In this document: in pieces, positions 28,233-38,703 of the stretch
Layout of the letters: every line of letters begins with the position of its first letter
Position numbering within the stretch: the first letter of the stretch is position 1
Origin: an uncultured Candidatus Saccharibacteria bacterium
GTDB lineage: Bacteria > Patescibacteriota > Minisyncoccia > Phycocordibacterales > UBA2100
Length of the DNA stretch: 64,000 nt
Reading direction: 5' to 3'
Assembly (NCBI GenBank): GCA_964545165.1
Contig: CAZJEQ010000001.1
Span: forward strand, 1,971-65,970
The notes under the pieces: generated by a model
The model's database searches: none
What the model was told of the DNA's origin: nothing
What the model saw: only the letters and a program-made list of their open reading frames with translations
Made by a program: the position numbers and the translations under genes

Positions 28233-31200
28233 ATGTCACACCCGCAAAAGGGAGCTGCTGTGTTGAATGCGCTCCTTTCTTTTGCGCTCATCTTTACAGC
28301 TGGATACGGTGTTTATGAAATCATCCCGGCGGACACCGCTGCGCAACAGGCGTCGGCGACCCTGGCGCTCGGGGAGACGGACCTGGCTTCTGCTGCAGAT
28401 GTCGCCACGCCGTCACTCGAAACGAGAGCTGGTTCAAGCCGCTGTGATTCATCTAAATCTCAGAGCGCTGCAGAGAGCGACGCGCAGGCCGATGATTTGA
28501 ATGCGGTGTGCGTGCCAGGTTGTACCTACGATGTGTATCAACAAAGCGCGAGCGCTGAATATGCGACGAAAGTGGTCGCGCTCGACACCTGTCCTCAGAT
28601 CAACGGCCAAGCAACACTCAGCTGTGCACGAACGGCGAGGTGCGTTGTGCGGTACTGCATCGGATCATCGCCGTGCGTGGAAGCGGGCTCGAAGAGCCTC
28701 GCTGGTGGATCTCCCGAGCAATACCTGAAGCAAAAGTTGGGGATGAGTACCGACACCGGACCGATTACTCTCAAAGAGAGTCCGGATTTGCAGAAGGTGC
28801 TTGATCTTGCGAAAACGAATCCTGCTGCGGCGCAAGAGATGCTCAGCGGCATGTCGCAGCCCCTGCAGGCGGCGTACAAAGAGCTGCAGGGGGAAGCAGT
28901 GCAGCAAAATAAAACAGAGATCCAAAATAATATTGAAGCGATCAAAGAGCTCGGTGCCTCGAATCCGGCAGCGCAGCAGGAGTACCAAAATAAAATCAGC
29001 GCTCTTCAAGAGGAGAACCAGAAGCTCGCTCAAGTAAATCCAGGACTCGTCACGAGCCAGGGCGTGCTGGCGGCTCCTGGGCAAGATTACCCAGAGCTGG
29101 GTCCGATAGCGGGTAGTGAGGGTCGGGACAGCATGCCCGAGTTTGCGCGCGGACAAGATACGTTTGCCGATGCGGAGCTTGCGCACCGAGCAACGGAAAC
29201 ACAGCACGTATCACCGAGCTTTGCGGGTGAGTGCCCGGATTGCGTGAGCGGCGAACGCGCGTGGCCGGATGCAAATTGGCGGCCGTTGTATGCGGCGGCG
29301 GGAGATCAGCGAGAAGCAGCGTTTCAAGAGGTAAATGCGGAGCCGCAAGAGTGGCCGACGAGTGTCTGGAAGCCGGAGTCTTCGCAAGAAAACGCGGCGT
29401 TTGAAGAATTGAATCGCGGTGGCGGCTCGACGCTGCTCGAAGAGCGAAATCAGGAAGGAGTTGCGGCGCGGGCTCCTGGATCGCTCAGCGATACTGAGCT
29501 GGATCGATTGGCTGAGTTGAGTCTCAGAAGACAGGCGGCGGCACAAGCAGAAAATGCCGGTGACCTTGTGCCCTTGAACCAAGCAGAGTCATACGAATGG
29601 CGAAACCTCATACAACGATATGGTGAATTCGGCCTGATCGAACACGATGAGCGTCCGCGAACGCCGGATGAGGACAGTAGATACGCTGAATACGTGGCGA
29701 AGTTACAGCGCGGAGAAATGCTAACGAGAGAAGAGACTGTCGATATGATGAGATTAGACGACAGACGAAGATCACTCGGAGATGTCGACGGGAGAAACGG
29801 CGTTGCTCCACTATCGACGACCGAGGTAGAGGAGTATGCTGGCTTCCAACAAAAGCGTGCTCGCGGAGAAGCTTATTTTACCCGAGAAGAAATCGAACAG
29901 TATCGCGATCTCAGAACACGCTACGCCTTTGCTGGCACGTCAGACGAGCTGGTATCTGGAACGCCGCGGACCAGTGAGGAGGCAGCGGAACTCAAGGAAA
30001 TCTTTAACAAACGCCCAAGCGACCGAACGGTTGGCGAATGGGTGCGCGCCCTGAACGACGAGGCTGCGGACGATTCGTTCGTCAGGCAATTTAATAATCC
30101 GTACAAAGTAGAGCCCAACACAAATTCGCCGATCACAGGCTCGATTACCGCAGAAGAGCTGCCGGTCTTGCCTGGCGAAGTCCGCGAGGGTTTGGGGGCT
30201 GTACCGCAAGCCGCGGCAGAAGGTGCGAGCCCAGCAGAGCGCGATTATGTAGAGAAGCTCAATGGCGGCTGGGCATTCGATACCTTTGCAGCCGGTGCCA
30301 AAGGCCCCGAATTTGAAGAAGCAAACTGGCCAGAGGACATAGAGCGTCTCAGCGATGGCTCGTGTCTCCAGGACACAGAAGAAGAGCTCGGCTATAACTC
30401 GGCCGTGCCGTGTCCGCTCCCGACTCGCACGACATACGGCGCTGTATGGCGGCCGGATCAGACGTTCTTGAGTGGCAACGAGAGCGAGGCGCCGCGAGGG
30501 GATGAGCCGAATGCCAACACGAGTCGCGCCGGTACTGTCGCGAATACCGCGCCGGAGCTTACTGGGGAGCTCACTCCGCTCGACGAGGCAGAAAAGCTCA
30601 GATACGCGGAGCTCGTGCGTGACTCATGGCAGCCTGGGTATGACTACGAATCCGAGGAAAACAAAGAAGTGCAAAAATTAGCTGCTCGGTATGGCGCATT
30701 TGGTCTGGAGCGGGCGTCGACAGAACCACTCTCCGTTGAAGAGCAAGCGAGACTCGATGAATTGGAGAATAAAGATAAAGCAAGCAAAACCGTTGCAGAG
30801 TGGGCGCAATTGATGGACTTGAAGGCAAAGCAGGGCTATGCGCTGCGGGATCAAGACACTCTCAATGAGATGTTGCCGGACCCAGAAGATTTCCCGATCA
30901 CTGATGCAGAGCGGGTAGCGCTGGGAGCCAAGCCAGACACCGGGTTAACGGGAGCGCAGAATGCAGCGACGCTCAATGATGGCGACTTACGCAGATTGGC
31001 GGAGCTGCAGAATATGCATGCCCGCGAGAATGCACCAGGCTCAGACTATCGGATGAGCAACGAGGAATTCAGGGAGCGCGCTGATCTGCTTGAGCGTTTT
31101 CGTAGTCAGGGGGTGAACTCAGAGTGGAAGCGACTTACCGAAGACGAAGAAAAGCGATATGTTGAGCTTCAAGATAAAGACGCTAAGTCCGGGCTCACAC

Positions 31201-32735
31201 TAGCTGAGCGGGAAGAAGCTTTAAAGCTGGAAGCTCGGTATCGTCAATATGCGTTGAGCACGCCTACCAGTCCGACTCCTTCAGCAGCAGAAGGACTCGG
31301 GTATATTCCGCAGTCTGCGGCACCAGGAGCGAGTCTTGTGGAGCAGGGATATATAGAAGCACTCAAAGGTGGGTGGGTATTTGATGTGACTACGGGCGAT
31401 GGCAGCTACGCACTGGAAGGTTTCCGCGTGAAGCAGCAATCACCGGCTCTGGAGGAGTCGCTTTCAGACACGACCTCGCAGGAGAGAATTGATGACTGTG
31501 CCCGGCATCGTGATTGCACAGGCGATGCTCCTCGTGCGGTGTGGACGCCGCAACATCAGCTGACCGAATTTGCTTCTGGTCCGCAATCAACTACTCAGGC
31601 TATCGACGACACGAACCCGCCAGGCGACCAGTCGTCATCAGCAATGCCGCGCGGCATCGTGACGTCGACATCTGACTGCGGGGTAGCAGCCGATGAGAAC
31701 GGTAAGTGTCCTCCTGCGCAGCCAGCGAACATCTCGAAGCAAGATAAAGATTATGGACCTGGCACAGAGACACTGCCGTCGAAGAAAGATAAAGATTATG
31801 GACCAGGCACTGAGAGCGCATCTGCGCCGACACCGCGCCCAGATGGCACAGCGCCGAAACAGGGGATTGAAGAAAATAGTGGGTACTGTCTCGCGACAGC
31901 AGGCAGTAGCAGCGAGCGTTTGTGGCTCGTGAATCGTGGATATCAATGCGATGCCACCGGCCAGGGATCATATTCGTGCACGATGCAGAAGGGTGCGGCA
32001 GGCTGCGCACCGTCATTTAACCCAACCCCGTCTACTCCGGCAGCACCGCAGGCGCCACAGAAGAGTGGCACTGCCCCTGCACCAACAACGCGCTCTGCCG
32101 GTGCGTCGCAGGGAAGTGGTGCGGCTCAGCAACAGCAGACAGGCACACCGCAAGGAAGTGGCGCACCACAGCCCCAGCAACCGTACACGCCGAGCAATGC
32201 GCAGCTTCAGCAGGCAATTCCACAGCAGGGCACGGTATTGAGCGGGGATTACTTCTGCGTGACGAGCAAGGACCCGCTTATCGTGATGCCGCTCTCCGCG
32301 GGACAGGCGATGCCTGCAAATTGTTACAACGCTGAGTACCAGCGAGCACAGAACGCCGCAAATGCCGGTGCAACGCAAGCACAAAACTCTCCGCTCACGC
32401 AGAAGCCGATGTGGGATACGCAGACGGGGTTGCCGTGTACAAATGAGTTTGCCAATAAGATCGTCTGCGGAACGGTGCAGTCGGTGCCACTCCCGTGGCA
32501 GAAGCCAGCAGCTACGCCGGGCGTAACAGCTCAGAATTTGCAGAATTATCCGGGCTGGCAGCCGGGAGCAGCCGCGCCTGTGTCGCAGACTGGCGGTATG
32601 TGCTACGCCAGCATTTACAACGGCGATCAGTTCACGTATGCGATCGCGCGAGGCTACACGTGCCAATACGGCATGTACCCGACGGTGTGCTCCAAGCCAG
32701 ATCTAGGCGCTCCGAGTAGCTGCACAAGTCCGTAA
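28233..32735 (+). CDS. giant (1500 aa) membrane-anchored surface protein
   Basis: N-terminal TM helix; coiled-coil/Gln-rich segments; acidic repeat regions; Cys motifs (C..GC.YD, GYxC); internal KDKDYGPGTE repeat. Confidence 0.7.
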   Translation: MSHPQKGAAVLNALLSFALIFTAGYGVYEIIPADTAAQQASATLALGETDLASAADVATPSLETRAGSSRCDSSKSQSAAESDAQADDLNAVCVPGCTYDVYQQSASAEYATKVVALDTCPQINGQATLSCARTARCVVRYCIGSSPCVEAGSKSLAGGSPEQYLKQKLGMSTDTGPITLKESPDLQKVLDLAKTNPAAAQEMLSGMSQPLQAAYKELQGEAVQQNKTEIQNNIEAIKELGASNPAAQQEYQNKISALQEENQKLAQVNPGLVTSQGVLAAPGQDYPELGPIAGSEGRDSMPEFARGQDTFADAELAHRATETQHVSPSFAGECPDCVSGERAWPDANWRPLYAAAGDQREAAFQEVNAEPQEWPTSVWKPESSQENAAFEELNRGGGSTLLEERNQEGVAARAPGSLSDTELDRLAELSLRRQAAAQAENAGDLVPLNQAESYEWRNLIQRYGEFGLIEHDERPRTPDEDSRYAEYVAKLQRGEMLTREETVDMMRLDDRRRSLGDVDGRNGVAPLSTTEVEEYAGFQQKRARGEAYFTREEIEQYRDLRTRYAFAGTSDELVSGTPRTSEEAAELKEIFNKRPSDRTVGEWVRALNDEAADDSFVRQFNNPYKVEPNTNSPITGSITAEELPVLPGEVREGLGAVPQAAAEGASPAERDYVEKLNGGWAFDTFAAGAKGPEFEEANWPEDIERLSDGSCLQDTEEELGYNSAVPCPLPTRTTYGAVWRPDQTFLSGNESEAPRGDEPNANTSRAGTVANTAPELTGELTPLDEAEKLRYAELVRDSWQPGYDYESEENKEVQKLAARYGAFGLERASTEPLSVEEQARLDELENKDKASKTVAEWAQLMDLKAKQGYALRDQDTLNEMLPDPEDFPITDAERVALGAKPDTGLTGAQNAATLNDGDLRRLAELQNMHARENAPGSDYRMSNEEFRERADLLERFRSQGVNSEWKRLTEDEEKRYVELQDKDAKSGLTLAEREEALKLEARYRQYALSTPTSPTPSAAEGLGYIPQSAAPGASLVEQGYIEALKGGWVFDVTTGDGSYALEGFRVKQQSPALEESLSDTTSQERIDDCARHRDCTGDAPRAVWTPQHQLTEFASGPQSTTQAIDDTNPPGDQSSSAMPRGIVTSTSDCGVAADENGKCPPAQPANISKQDKDYGPGTETLPSKKDKDYGPGTESASAPTPRPDGTAPKQGIEENSGYCLATAGSSSERLWLVNRGYQCDATGQGSYSCTMQKGAAGCAPSFNPTPSTPAAPQAPQKSGTAPAPTTRSAGASQGSGAAQQQQTGTPQGSGAPQPQQPYTPSNAQLQQAIPQQGTVLSGDYFCVTSKDPLIVMPLSAGQAMPANCYNAEYQRAQNAANAGATQAQNSPLTQKPMWDTQTGLPCTNEFANKIVCGTVQSVPLPWQKPAATPGVTAQNLQNYPGWQPGAAAPVSQTGGMCYASIYNGDQFTYAIARGYTCQYGMYPTVCSKPDLGAPSSCTSP

Positions 32736-32795
32736 GATCGCACTCTCCACATTTCTCTAATTGTCGATAGGCCTGCGAGGGCGCATGATTGAGCG

Positions 32796-35147
32796 ATGAT
32801 CAACTCGCGGCGAGGCGATTTCACACGTGGTACCTCGGTACTTGCTGCACTCGTCTTCGTCGCCGTCCTCTCGACCATCGCATACGCGGTCCATGCCATC
32901 GTCCCTAATGATCCGCTGGCGCAAACAGCATCGGCAACCCTGGCTGCTGATACGACATTTGAGCCCAATGAAGCAAAAGGCGAGCCTCTGCAGGTAACAC
33001 CACTTCTTGCGAATTTATCGGGCGACGAACGATGCAAAGCCCCGATCGAAAATAAAGAGAAGAGTGAAATCGGGGGAGCGGAAGAGCCGAGCAGTAAAGA
33101 TGAGAGCGTACAGACTGCATGCGTACGCGGCTGTCGTTACGACATATCCATAGCGAAGGGGGTCACAAAGGTTTTAGCGAAAGATCTTGCAGTAAAAAGC
33201 AATGGAGAAATTGATCAGCAGTATGTTGCTATTAACAAGTGCGCGGTAAGACAATGTGACGAATCTGGTAAATGCATTGCGCTCGACACGGCGAGCATGA
33301 GCGACCAAACGCTTAGCTCTCTACTCGCTGCGAAGTCTCGAGTGAATGCCGCACTTGTCCAAATCAAGGAAAGTCCTGATCTTCAAAAAGCGTTGCAGCA
33401 GATGCAGTCAGGCTCATTTGACTCCTACAACAAACTTTCATCGGGTGACCAGGATCTGATAAAAAGTGCTCAGCAGGAGCAAATCCGCCAAAATGACGCG
33501 CAGATCAAGAGTAATCTCGAAATTATCAGAAGCATGGCGAATGATCCGCCAGAGGCGAGGAGTAAAGTCGAAGCCGAGAATGCGCGTCTCGTCACCGAGA
33601 CTGAAAATTTGAAACGCGTATCATCGATCCTCGGTAAGAGCCAGTCCAGCATTTCTGCGGTAGTGGGATGCGGACTGTCCGGGCAAGTAGATGGAGAGTG
33701 TCCTGCCGCCAGCCCCGACGGGATCCCATACACACCGAAGGTTGTCGGAGAAAATACTTTTGGGGCGAGCATGGTCTGTGGTCAGCCAGGAGCAAATCCG
33801 GATTCCTGCATTCCGGCGAATGCAAAAGAGACAGGAAGTACAAACCCGAAAGAAGCGGCGAAGAATTTGCCAAAAGTTGAGGGCAATTGGACAGGCGCAG
33901 AGCCTCCGCCAGGTGTGGGGACAAACCCATCATGTTCAGGTGGGGTCTGCAAAGCGTTACCGAGAAACGATGCCGAATACAGATCGCTGCTCCTGCAAGG
34001 CTATCGGTGCGAAGCGGATGCAGGTGGCAATGTGTGCTGGCGCGAACAGCCGAATCGTGGGGGCAATAAGCCGGACGCAAACCCTGGTCCACAAGTACCA
34101 CCGCCTGGTAGAGAAGCGCCGCCGCCCGGCAAGAGGGATACGACCGAGACCACTACGAAGACGACACAAACGCAAACTACTCCGCGCTCGACTTCGAGCT
34201 GGCTCAGCGATGACGCAATGAAGCTTGGAGTTCAGGGATTCTTGACGGGCTTTATGGGATCGATGGCCGCGAGCAATCAGCAGCAATCGCGCAACGGTGC
34301 GCCGCCGGGATACCAGCCACCGATCGGTAATAGCATTCCACAGCAGCCAGGCACATGCGGCGTCTCTCTGTACTGCCAAAACGGTATGCAGTATCAACGC
34401 AATGCGCAGTGTGTGGATCAGGTGGTGCAGACGTGTCAGTACGGCTGCAACGGCAATCAGTGCGTAAGTGCGCCGCAGAATCAGTGCCCACCTCCACCGC
34501 AGATGCCGCCAGCCTCAGCCTGCTCGGGCACGTGGAATGAAACGACATCGACCTTGGGCAATGCCGTGCAATGCGTGACCGGCTGGACCTGTGAGCTGAA
34601 CACACCAGGCGCGACCACGACGCCGGATACGACACCGACCGGCGCGCCGACAGCGGAGATTTCTTGCGCACCATCTATCGCAGATGCTGGCACGGCCATT
34701 TCGATTACCTATGCGTGTGGCAATTCCGCAACATCAAGCGGTAGCAATTTCTCGACCCGCGGTGCACTCTCCGGTACGGCATCACTCACGGCACCGACGG
34801 CGAGCACGACAATCTCGTTTGGTGTTGCGTGTGTAAATACGCAGGGGCAGGCCAAGACCGACACGTGTAGCGTACAAATCGTACGACCAACGATCGTGCT
34901 CGTCGCTCGTCCACAATCGGTCGCGCCCGGTGAGAAATCGACCGTGGGATGGGTGAGCACTGGTATGCAATCGTGCGTCATCTCGAGCCCGCAATCGAGC
35001 GCATTCACCGCTGCTAATGCTGGCCAAACCGCAACGAGCGGTACCGCCGAGACGCCGCCGCTCACCGCTTCTATGACGATGGTACTGCGCTGCGAGACGC
35101 TCGGCGGCAATGTGCGCAGTGCCTCAACGACGGTTGTTGTGCGCTAG
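32796..35147 (+). CDS. large (783 aa) membrane-anchored surface protein, paralogue of the preceding gene, with C-terminal Ig/PKD-like domains
   Basis: The N-terminal ~250 aa share architecture with the 28233 protein (TM anchor, ATLA.DT, C..GCRYD, IKESPDLQK.L). The C-terminal domain resembles the C-terminus of the 19035 protein. Confidence 0.7.
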   Translation: MINSRRGDFTRGTSVLAALVFVAVLSTIAYAVHAIVPNDPLAQTASATLAADTTFEPNEAKGEPLQVTPLLANLSGDERCKAPIENKEKSEIGGAEEPSSKDESVQTACVRGCRYDISIAKGVTKVLAKDLAVKSNGEIDQQYVAINKCAVRQCDESGKCIALDTASMSDQTLSSLLAAKSRVNAALVQIKESPDLQKALQQMQSGSFDSYNKLSSGDQDLIKSAQQEQIRQNDAQIKSNLEIIRSMANDPPEARSKVEAENARLVTETENLKRVSSILGKSQSSISAVVGCGLSGQVDGECPAASPDGIPYTPKVVGENTFGASMVCGQPGANPDSCIPANAKETGSTNPKEAAKNLPKVEGNWTGAEPPPGVGTNPSCSGGVCKALPRNDAEYRSLLLQGYRCEADAGGNVCWREQPNRGGNKPDANPGPQVPPPGREAPPPGKRDTTETTTKTTQTQTTPRSTSSWLSDDAMKLGVQGFLTGFMGSMAASNQQQSRNGAPPGYQPPIGNSIPQQPGTCGVSLYCQNGMQYQRNAQCVDQVVQTCQYGCNGNQCVSAPQNQCPPPPQMPPASACSGTWNETTSTLGNAVQCVTGWTCELNTPGATTTPDTTPTGAPTAEISCAPSIADAGTAISITYACGNSATSSGSNFSTRGALSGTASLTAPTASTTISFGVACVNTQGQAKTDTCSVQIVRPTIVLVARPQSVAPGEKSTVGWVSTGMQSCVISSPQSSAFTAANAGQTATSGTAETPPLTASMTMVLRCETLGGNVRSASTTVVVR

Positions 35148-35621
35148 CTACAGATTCAAAAATTCAAAAATCTTGTGCGAGAGCGGCTCTTGCATGGGCA
35201 CCTCCTCGCATCGTTCGCGCAAATACGCGCGTATCAGATCGTGATCGATGTGCTCGATGGGGATGATGAGATTCGGCGACATGAATTTGACTGTATCGAT
35301 AAGCAGGAGCGGCCGACCCTTGTGATGCTCTTCCTCGACCCAAAACGAAATGATTTCTTCAAAGCGGTGTAGGCGACCGTTGATACGCAAGCCGCGGTCG
35401 GAGAGCTCAAACTGCGCGATCTCCGGCGGTGTGCGCGAGAGGAGCGCGATGGTGTAGGCGGCGATAAGGATGAGAAGTGCAAAGAGGAAGTCGTGTAGCA
35501 AGATACTCGTGAGTGCAATCGACACGGAGGCGATGCCGAGCGCCCAATACCAATCGCTGCCGCGCTCGATATGCTCGTGCTCGTACGCACTCCAACGCAG
35601 CGTCGTGTTTTCACCCGGCAT
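35148..35621 (-). CDS. hypothetical 2-TM membrane protein
   Basis: ORF with two hydrophobic helices; start ambiguous. Confidence 0.4.
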   Translation of the reverse strand: MPGENTTLRWSAYEHEHIERGSDWYWALGIASVSIALTSILLHDFLFALLILIAAYTIALLSRTPPEIAQFELSDRGLRINGRLHRFEEIISFWVEEEHHKGRPLLLIDTVKFMSPNLIIPIEHIDHDLIRAYLRERCEEVPMQEPLSHKIFEFLNL

Positions 35622-35692
35622 TGGCCAAATTGTAGCATCGCACTCTCTGAGCATGCGCTTTTCGTGCGTACGTGTTACAACGATGGCACGGA

Positions 35693-35777
35693 GGAGAGGT
35701 GGCAGAGTGGTCTATCGCACCTGTCTTGAAAACAGGAGTCTCGCAAGGGACCGAGAGTTCGAATCTCTCCCTCTCCG
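35693..35777 (+). tRNA. tRNA-Ser (anticodon TGA), long variable arm
   Basis: GGAGAGG/CCTCTCC acceptor, 3-bp D-stem, anticodon loop CTTGAAA, long extra arm, T-loop TTCGAAT, discriminator G. Confidence 0.85.
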
Positions 35778-35812
35778 CAGTATTGAAGGCAGTGATTTGA
35801 TAGAGTATCGAT

Positions 35813-36817
35813 ATGGCATCTGGCGAAAAGGGGATGACACCGGTCATCGCAGCCCTTGTTGGCAATACGACCGTGACGCTCATCAAAGGGGCGGTCGCGG
35901 TATCTTCTGGTTCGAGCGCGATGTTCTCCGAGGCGGTACACAGCTTTGCCGACACCCTCAACCAGGCGCTCCTTCTCATCGGCTTGCGCCGCTCGCGCAA
36001 AAAGCCCGATGAGGAATTCGGGTATGGCTATGGATTCGAGAGATTCTTCTGGGCGCTCATTTCCGCCTGCGGTATTTTCTTTGTCGGCGCTGGCGTGACG
36101 ATTTATCATGGCATTACGAGCCTGCAGCATCCGAAGCCAGTTACTATCGACATACTCACCTTCGCGGTGCTCTTTATCGCGTTCGTCATTGAATTCTGGA
36201 CGCTCACTGTCGCTGCGCGAGCGCTTCGAGAATCGCACCCTGGATTTTCGTGGCGCGAGCGCCTCAATCATGCGGATCCAACGACGCTCGCGGTCTTCCT
36301 CGAAGATGGCATCGCCGTTATCGGTGTATCTATCGCGGCGGCGGCAATCTCGATTTCATACATGACGCAGAGCGTGACCTGGGACGCGTATGGTTCGATA
36401 CTGATCGGTATACTCCTCGCTATTGCGGCGGTGGTCCTCATTATCAAAAATCGTCAGTATCTCATCGGCCGCTCGATTCCCGAGAAAGAGCGCGCGGACA
36501 TCATCGATCTGCTTGTCAAAGATCCTGCGATCGAGCGCGTGATCGATTTCAAATCGACGGTACTCGATATCGGTGTGTACCGCATTAAATGCGAAGTGGA
36601 ATTCAACGGCTCCGCGCTTCTCCATGCCGCTCACCAAATGGATGAGCTCAAAAATGATTACGAAAAGATCAAAGACAACTACGAGGAATTCAAGAAGTTT
36701 TACGTCGATTATGCAGATAGAATTCCGCGTCTCATCGGTAAGCGTATCGACGAGATCGAGTCACGCATCCGCGAGCGTTTTCCGAATGTGCGCCACATTG
36801 ATATCGAAATCAATTAA
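35813..36817 (+). CDS. cation diffusion facilitator (CDF) family metal efflux transporter
   Basis: 6-TM N-terminal domain with HSFAD metal-site motif; cytoplasmic C-terminal CDF domain. Confidence 0.8.
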   Translation: MASGEKGMTPVIAALVGNTTVTLIKGAVAVSSGSSAMFSEAVHSFADTLNQALLLIGLRRSRKKPDEEFGYGYGFERFFWALISACGIFFVGAGVTIYHGITSLQHPKPVTIDILTFAVLFIAFVIEFWTLTVAARALRESHPGFSWRERLNHADPTTLAVFLEDGIAVIGVSIAAAAISISYMTQSVTWDAYGSILIGILLAIAAVVLIIKNRQYLIGRSIPEKERADIIDLLVKDPAIERVIDFKSTVLDIGVYRIKCEVEFNGSALLHAAHQMDELKNDYEKIKDNYEEFKKFYVDYADRIPRLIGKRIDEIESRIRERFPNVRHIDIEIN

Positions 36818-36883
36818 AAGCAGAGCGGCGCGATCCGTGAGGTCGCGCCGCCGATTATATCTGTAGTGCCTTGTGCGTGACCT

Positions 36884-37642
36884 CTAGCGGTCGCGACTGC
36901 GGCCGAGCACGTGGGGCACCATGTCTTGCACGGTGAATTTGCCATTCGGCTCGAGGCCCCAGCTGCGCGCTGCCGTAGCATTCGTGTACTGCATCTGCGA
37001 GCCGAGGAAGAGGTCCGATGGCATCTTCTCGATGGGGTAGGCCTTGATCACCTCGACGAACGCAGCGCAGAGTGCGTCACCGGCGTTGCTCGAGAGGTTC
37101 TCCTGCGAACCGGCAACGCGGTGAGCGATGATTGCTGCATCTTCACTCAGTATCTTGAAGGAGCCGCGCACCGCCGCCTGGATGTGCCGGCCGTCACGAG
37201 TGATGGCCGCGCAGCCCTTTGAGGTGCGGACGGTGTCGTCGTAGAAGAACACCGTCTCCGTAAACGGATTGAACCACGTGAGTGTCGCACCGGAAGCGTA
37301 TCGAATGTCCACTTGTCCCGCATCGTGTTCGATCACGCGATAGCTGCCGCGCTGCACTTGCAGCAAGCAAAAGTGGCTGGCGATCGTGGCGATGACGACG
37401 ATCGTCTGCAGGCACCGTTTGGCAGGTGTGTACCACGTTCGTCGATGCCATGTCTCCGCATTCTTTATGAATACTATGAGTATCCCAATGCCAAGCAGCA
37501 ACACACAGAGCGGCAGCAGGTTCTTCTCTGCGAAGCCCGTTATCGTCGAAATGACGCAGATGATGAGAACGCTGCCCGTCACGAGCAGCTCGAGCAGGTC
37601 GGGGTCGAAAGGAGTCGACCGCTGGATCCGGGTAGCATTCAT
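36884..37642 (-). CDS. membrane protein, tentatively SPFH/band-7-like
   Basis: N-terminal TM segments and weak SPFH-like pattern; call is tentative. Confidence 0.3.
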   Translation of the reverse strand: MNATRIQRSTPFDPDLLELLVTGSVLIICVISTITGFAEKNLLPLCVLLLGIGILIVFIKNAETWHRRTWYTPAKRCLQTIVVIATIASHFCLLQVQRGSYRVIEHDAGQVDIRYASGATLTWFNPFTETVFFYDDTVRTSKGCAAITRDGRHIQAAVRGSFKILSEDAAIIAHRVAGSQENLSSNAGDALCAAFVEVIKAYPIEKMPSDLFLGSQMQYTNATAARSWGLEPNGKFTVQDMVPHVLGRSRDR

Positions 37643-37764
37643 GGTATTTCTCCGTGCTTTCGGCAGCCGTAGCCCTCTTTGACTATCTCAGAAGGGACGG
37701 TTGTGTCTGCGAGGATACTTCCACTCGCGGCTTTTATTGTCAACGCATTTGATAGAGTGGTCGC

Positions 37765-38115
37765 ATGAGCTCATCAGAGGAGTATCGGGGAATCGTACAG
37801 AAAGGGGCACGGCGCGGCTCGGCGCTCGGGTATCCGACCGTGAATATCCCCATGACGGAGGGCGATGCCGACGGCATTTATGCGGCACGGGTGAGCGTGG
37901 GGGCAGTGGAATATCTCGCCGCTGCTTTTGCCGATCCGGCGCGCGGTGTCCTCGAGGCGCACATCCTCAGCTTCTTTGGTGATTTGTACGACAAAGAAAT
38001 CGCTATCACGCTGGAGAAGAAAATCCGCGACACAGAAACCTTCCACGCCGATGTTGATCTGAGGAACGCGATAGCCGAAGATGTGCAGGCGGTGCGTCAG
38101 TATTTCTCCGCATAA
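37765..38115 (+). CDS. monofunctional riboflavin kinase (RibF C-terminal-domain type)
   Basis: GIVQKGARRGSALGYPTVNI... flavokinase signature (G.G.G..LG.PT.N) in a 116-aa protein. Confidence 0.7.
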   Translation: MSSSEEYRGIVQKGARRGSALGYPTVNIPMTEGDADGIYAARVSVGAVEYLAAAFADPARGVLEAHILSFFGDLYDKEIAITLEKKIRDTETFHADVDLRNAIAEDVQAVRQYFSA

Positions 38116-38117
38116 TT

Positions 38118-38693
38118 ATGTTCAGCGGGATTGTAGAAGCCATCACGAAGGTGACGGCAATAAAAAAGCGTGGCGCGCATCTCGCGGTCGCGTTTACTAC
38201 GCCGAGCGGCTGGCGTCTGAAGAAAGGGCAGAGTGTCTCGATCGACGGGATCTGCTCCACGGTGGTGGCGATTGGCGAGGGAAACTTCTCTGTCGAGTAC
38301 ATGCAGGAAACGCTTGAGAAGACGACGGCGACTCACTTTGCACCGGGCTATGCGGTCAATCTCGAGCGCTCCCTCGCGGCGGGGAGTCGCATTGATGGAC
38401 ATTTTGTGGCGGGACACATCGATGCGCGTGCCGAGATTGCGCGCATTGAGGAAAATGTCTTCACCATCAAAGTGCCACGCACACTTGCGCGCTTCATTGC
38501 CAAGAAAGGTTCGATTGCCATCAACGGCGTCGCGCTTACCGTGACCGCGGTTACAGCGGGGAATTTTTCAGTCGCGCTTATTCCGTACACGATTGCACAC
38601 ACCACGCTCGGTGCGCTCGCGAAAGGGAGCGCGGTCAACGTCGAAGTCGACCTCTTGGCTCGTTACCTGGACGCGCTCCTCAAAAAGCGTTAG
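38118..38693 (+). CDS. ribE: riboflavin synthase alpha subunit
   Basis: MFSGIVE... start, duplicated lumazine-binding barrel; 191 aa. Confidence 0.85.
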   Translation: MFSGIVEAITKVTAIKKRGAHLAVAFTTPSGWRLKKGQSVSIDGICSTVVAIGEGNFSVEYMQETLEKTTATHFAPGYAVNLERSLAAGSRIDGHFVAGHIDARAEIARIEENVFTIKVPRTLARFIAKKGSIAINGVALTVTAVTAGNFSVALIPYTIAHTTLGALAKGSAVNVEVDLLARYLDALLKKR

Positions 38694-38703
38694 CGTACGG
38701 CGC

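Noticed and set aside
35675-36271. 198-aa minus-strand ORF
   Set aside because: It overlaps tRNA-Ser and the antisense strand of the CDF transporter gene, and has no supporting features.
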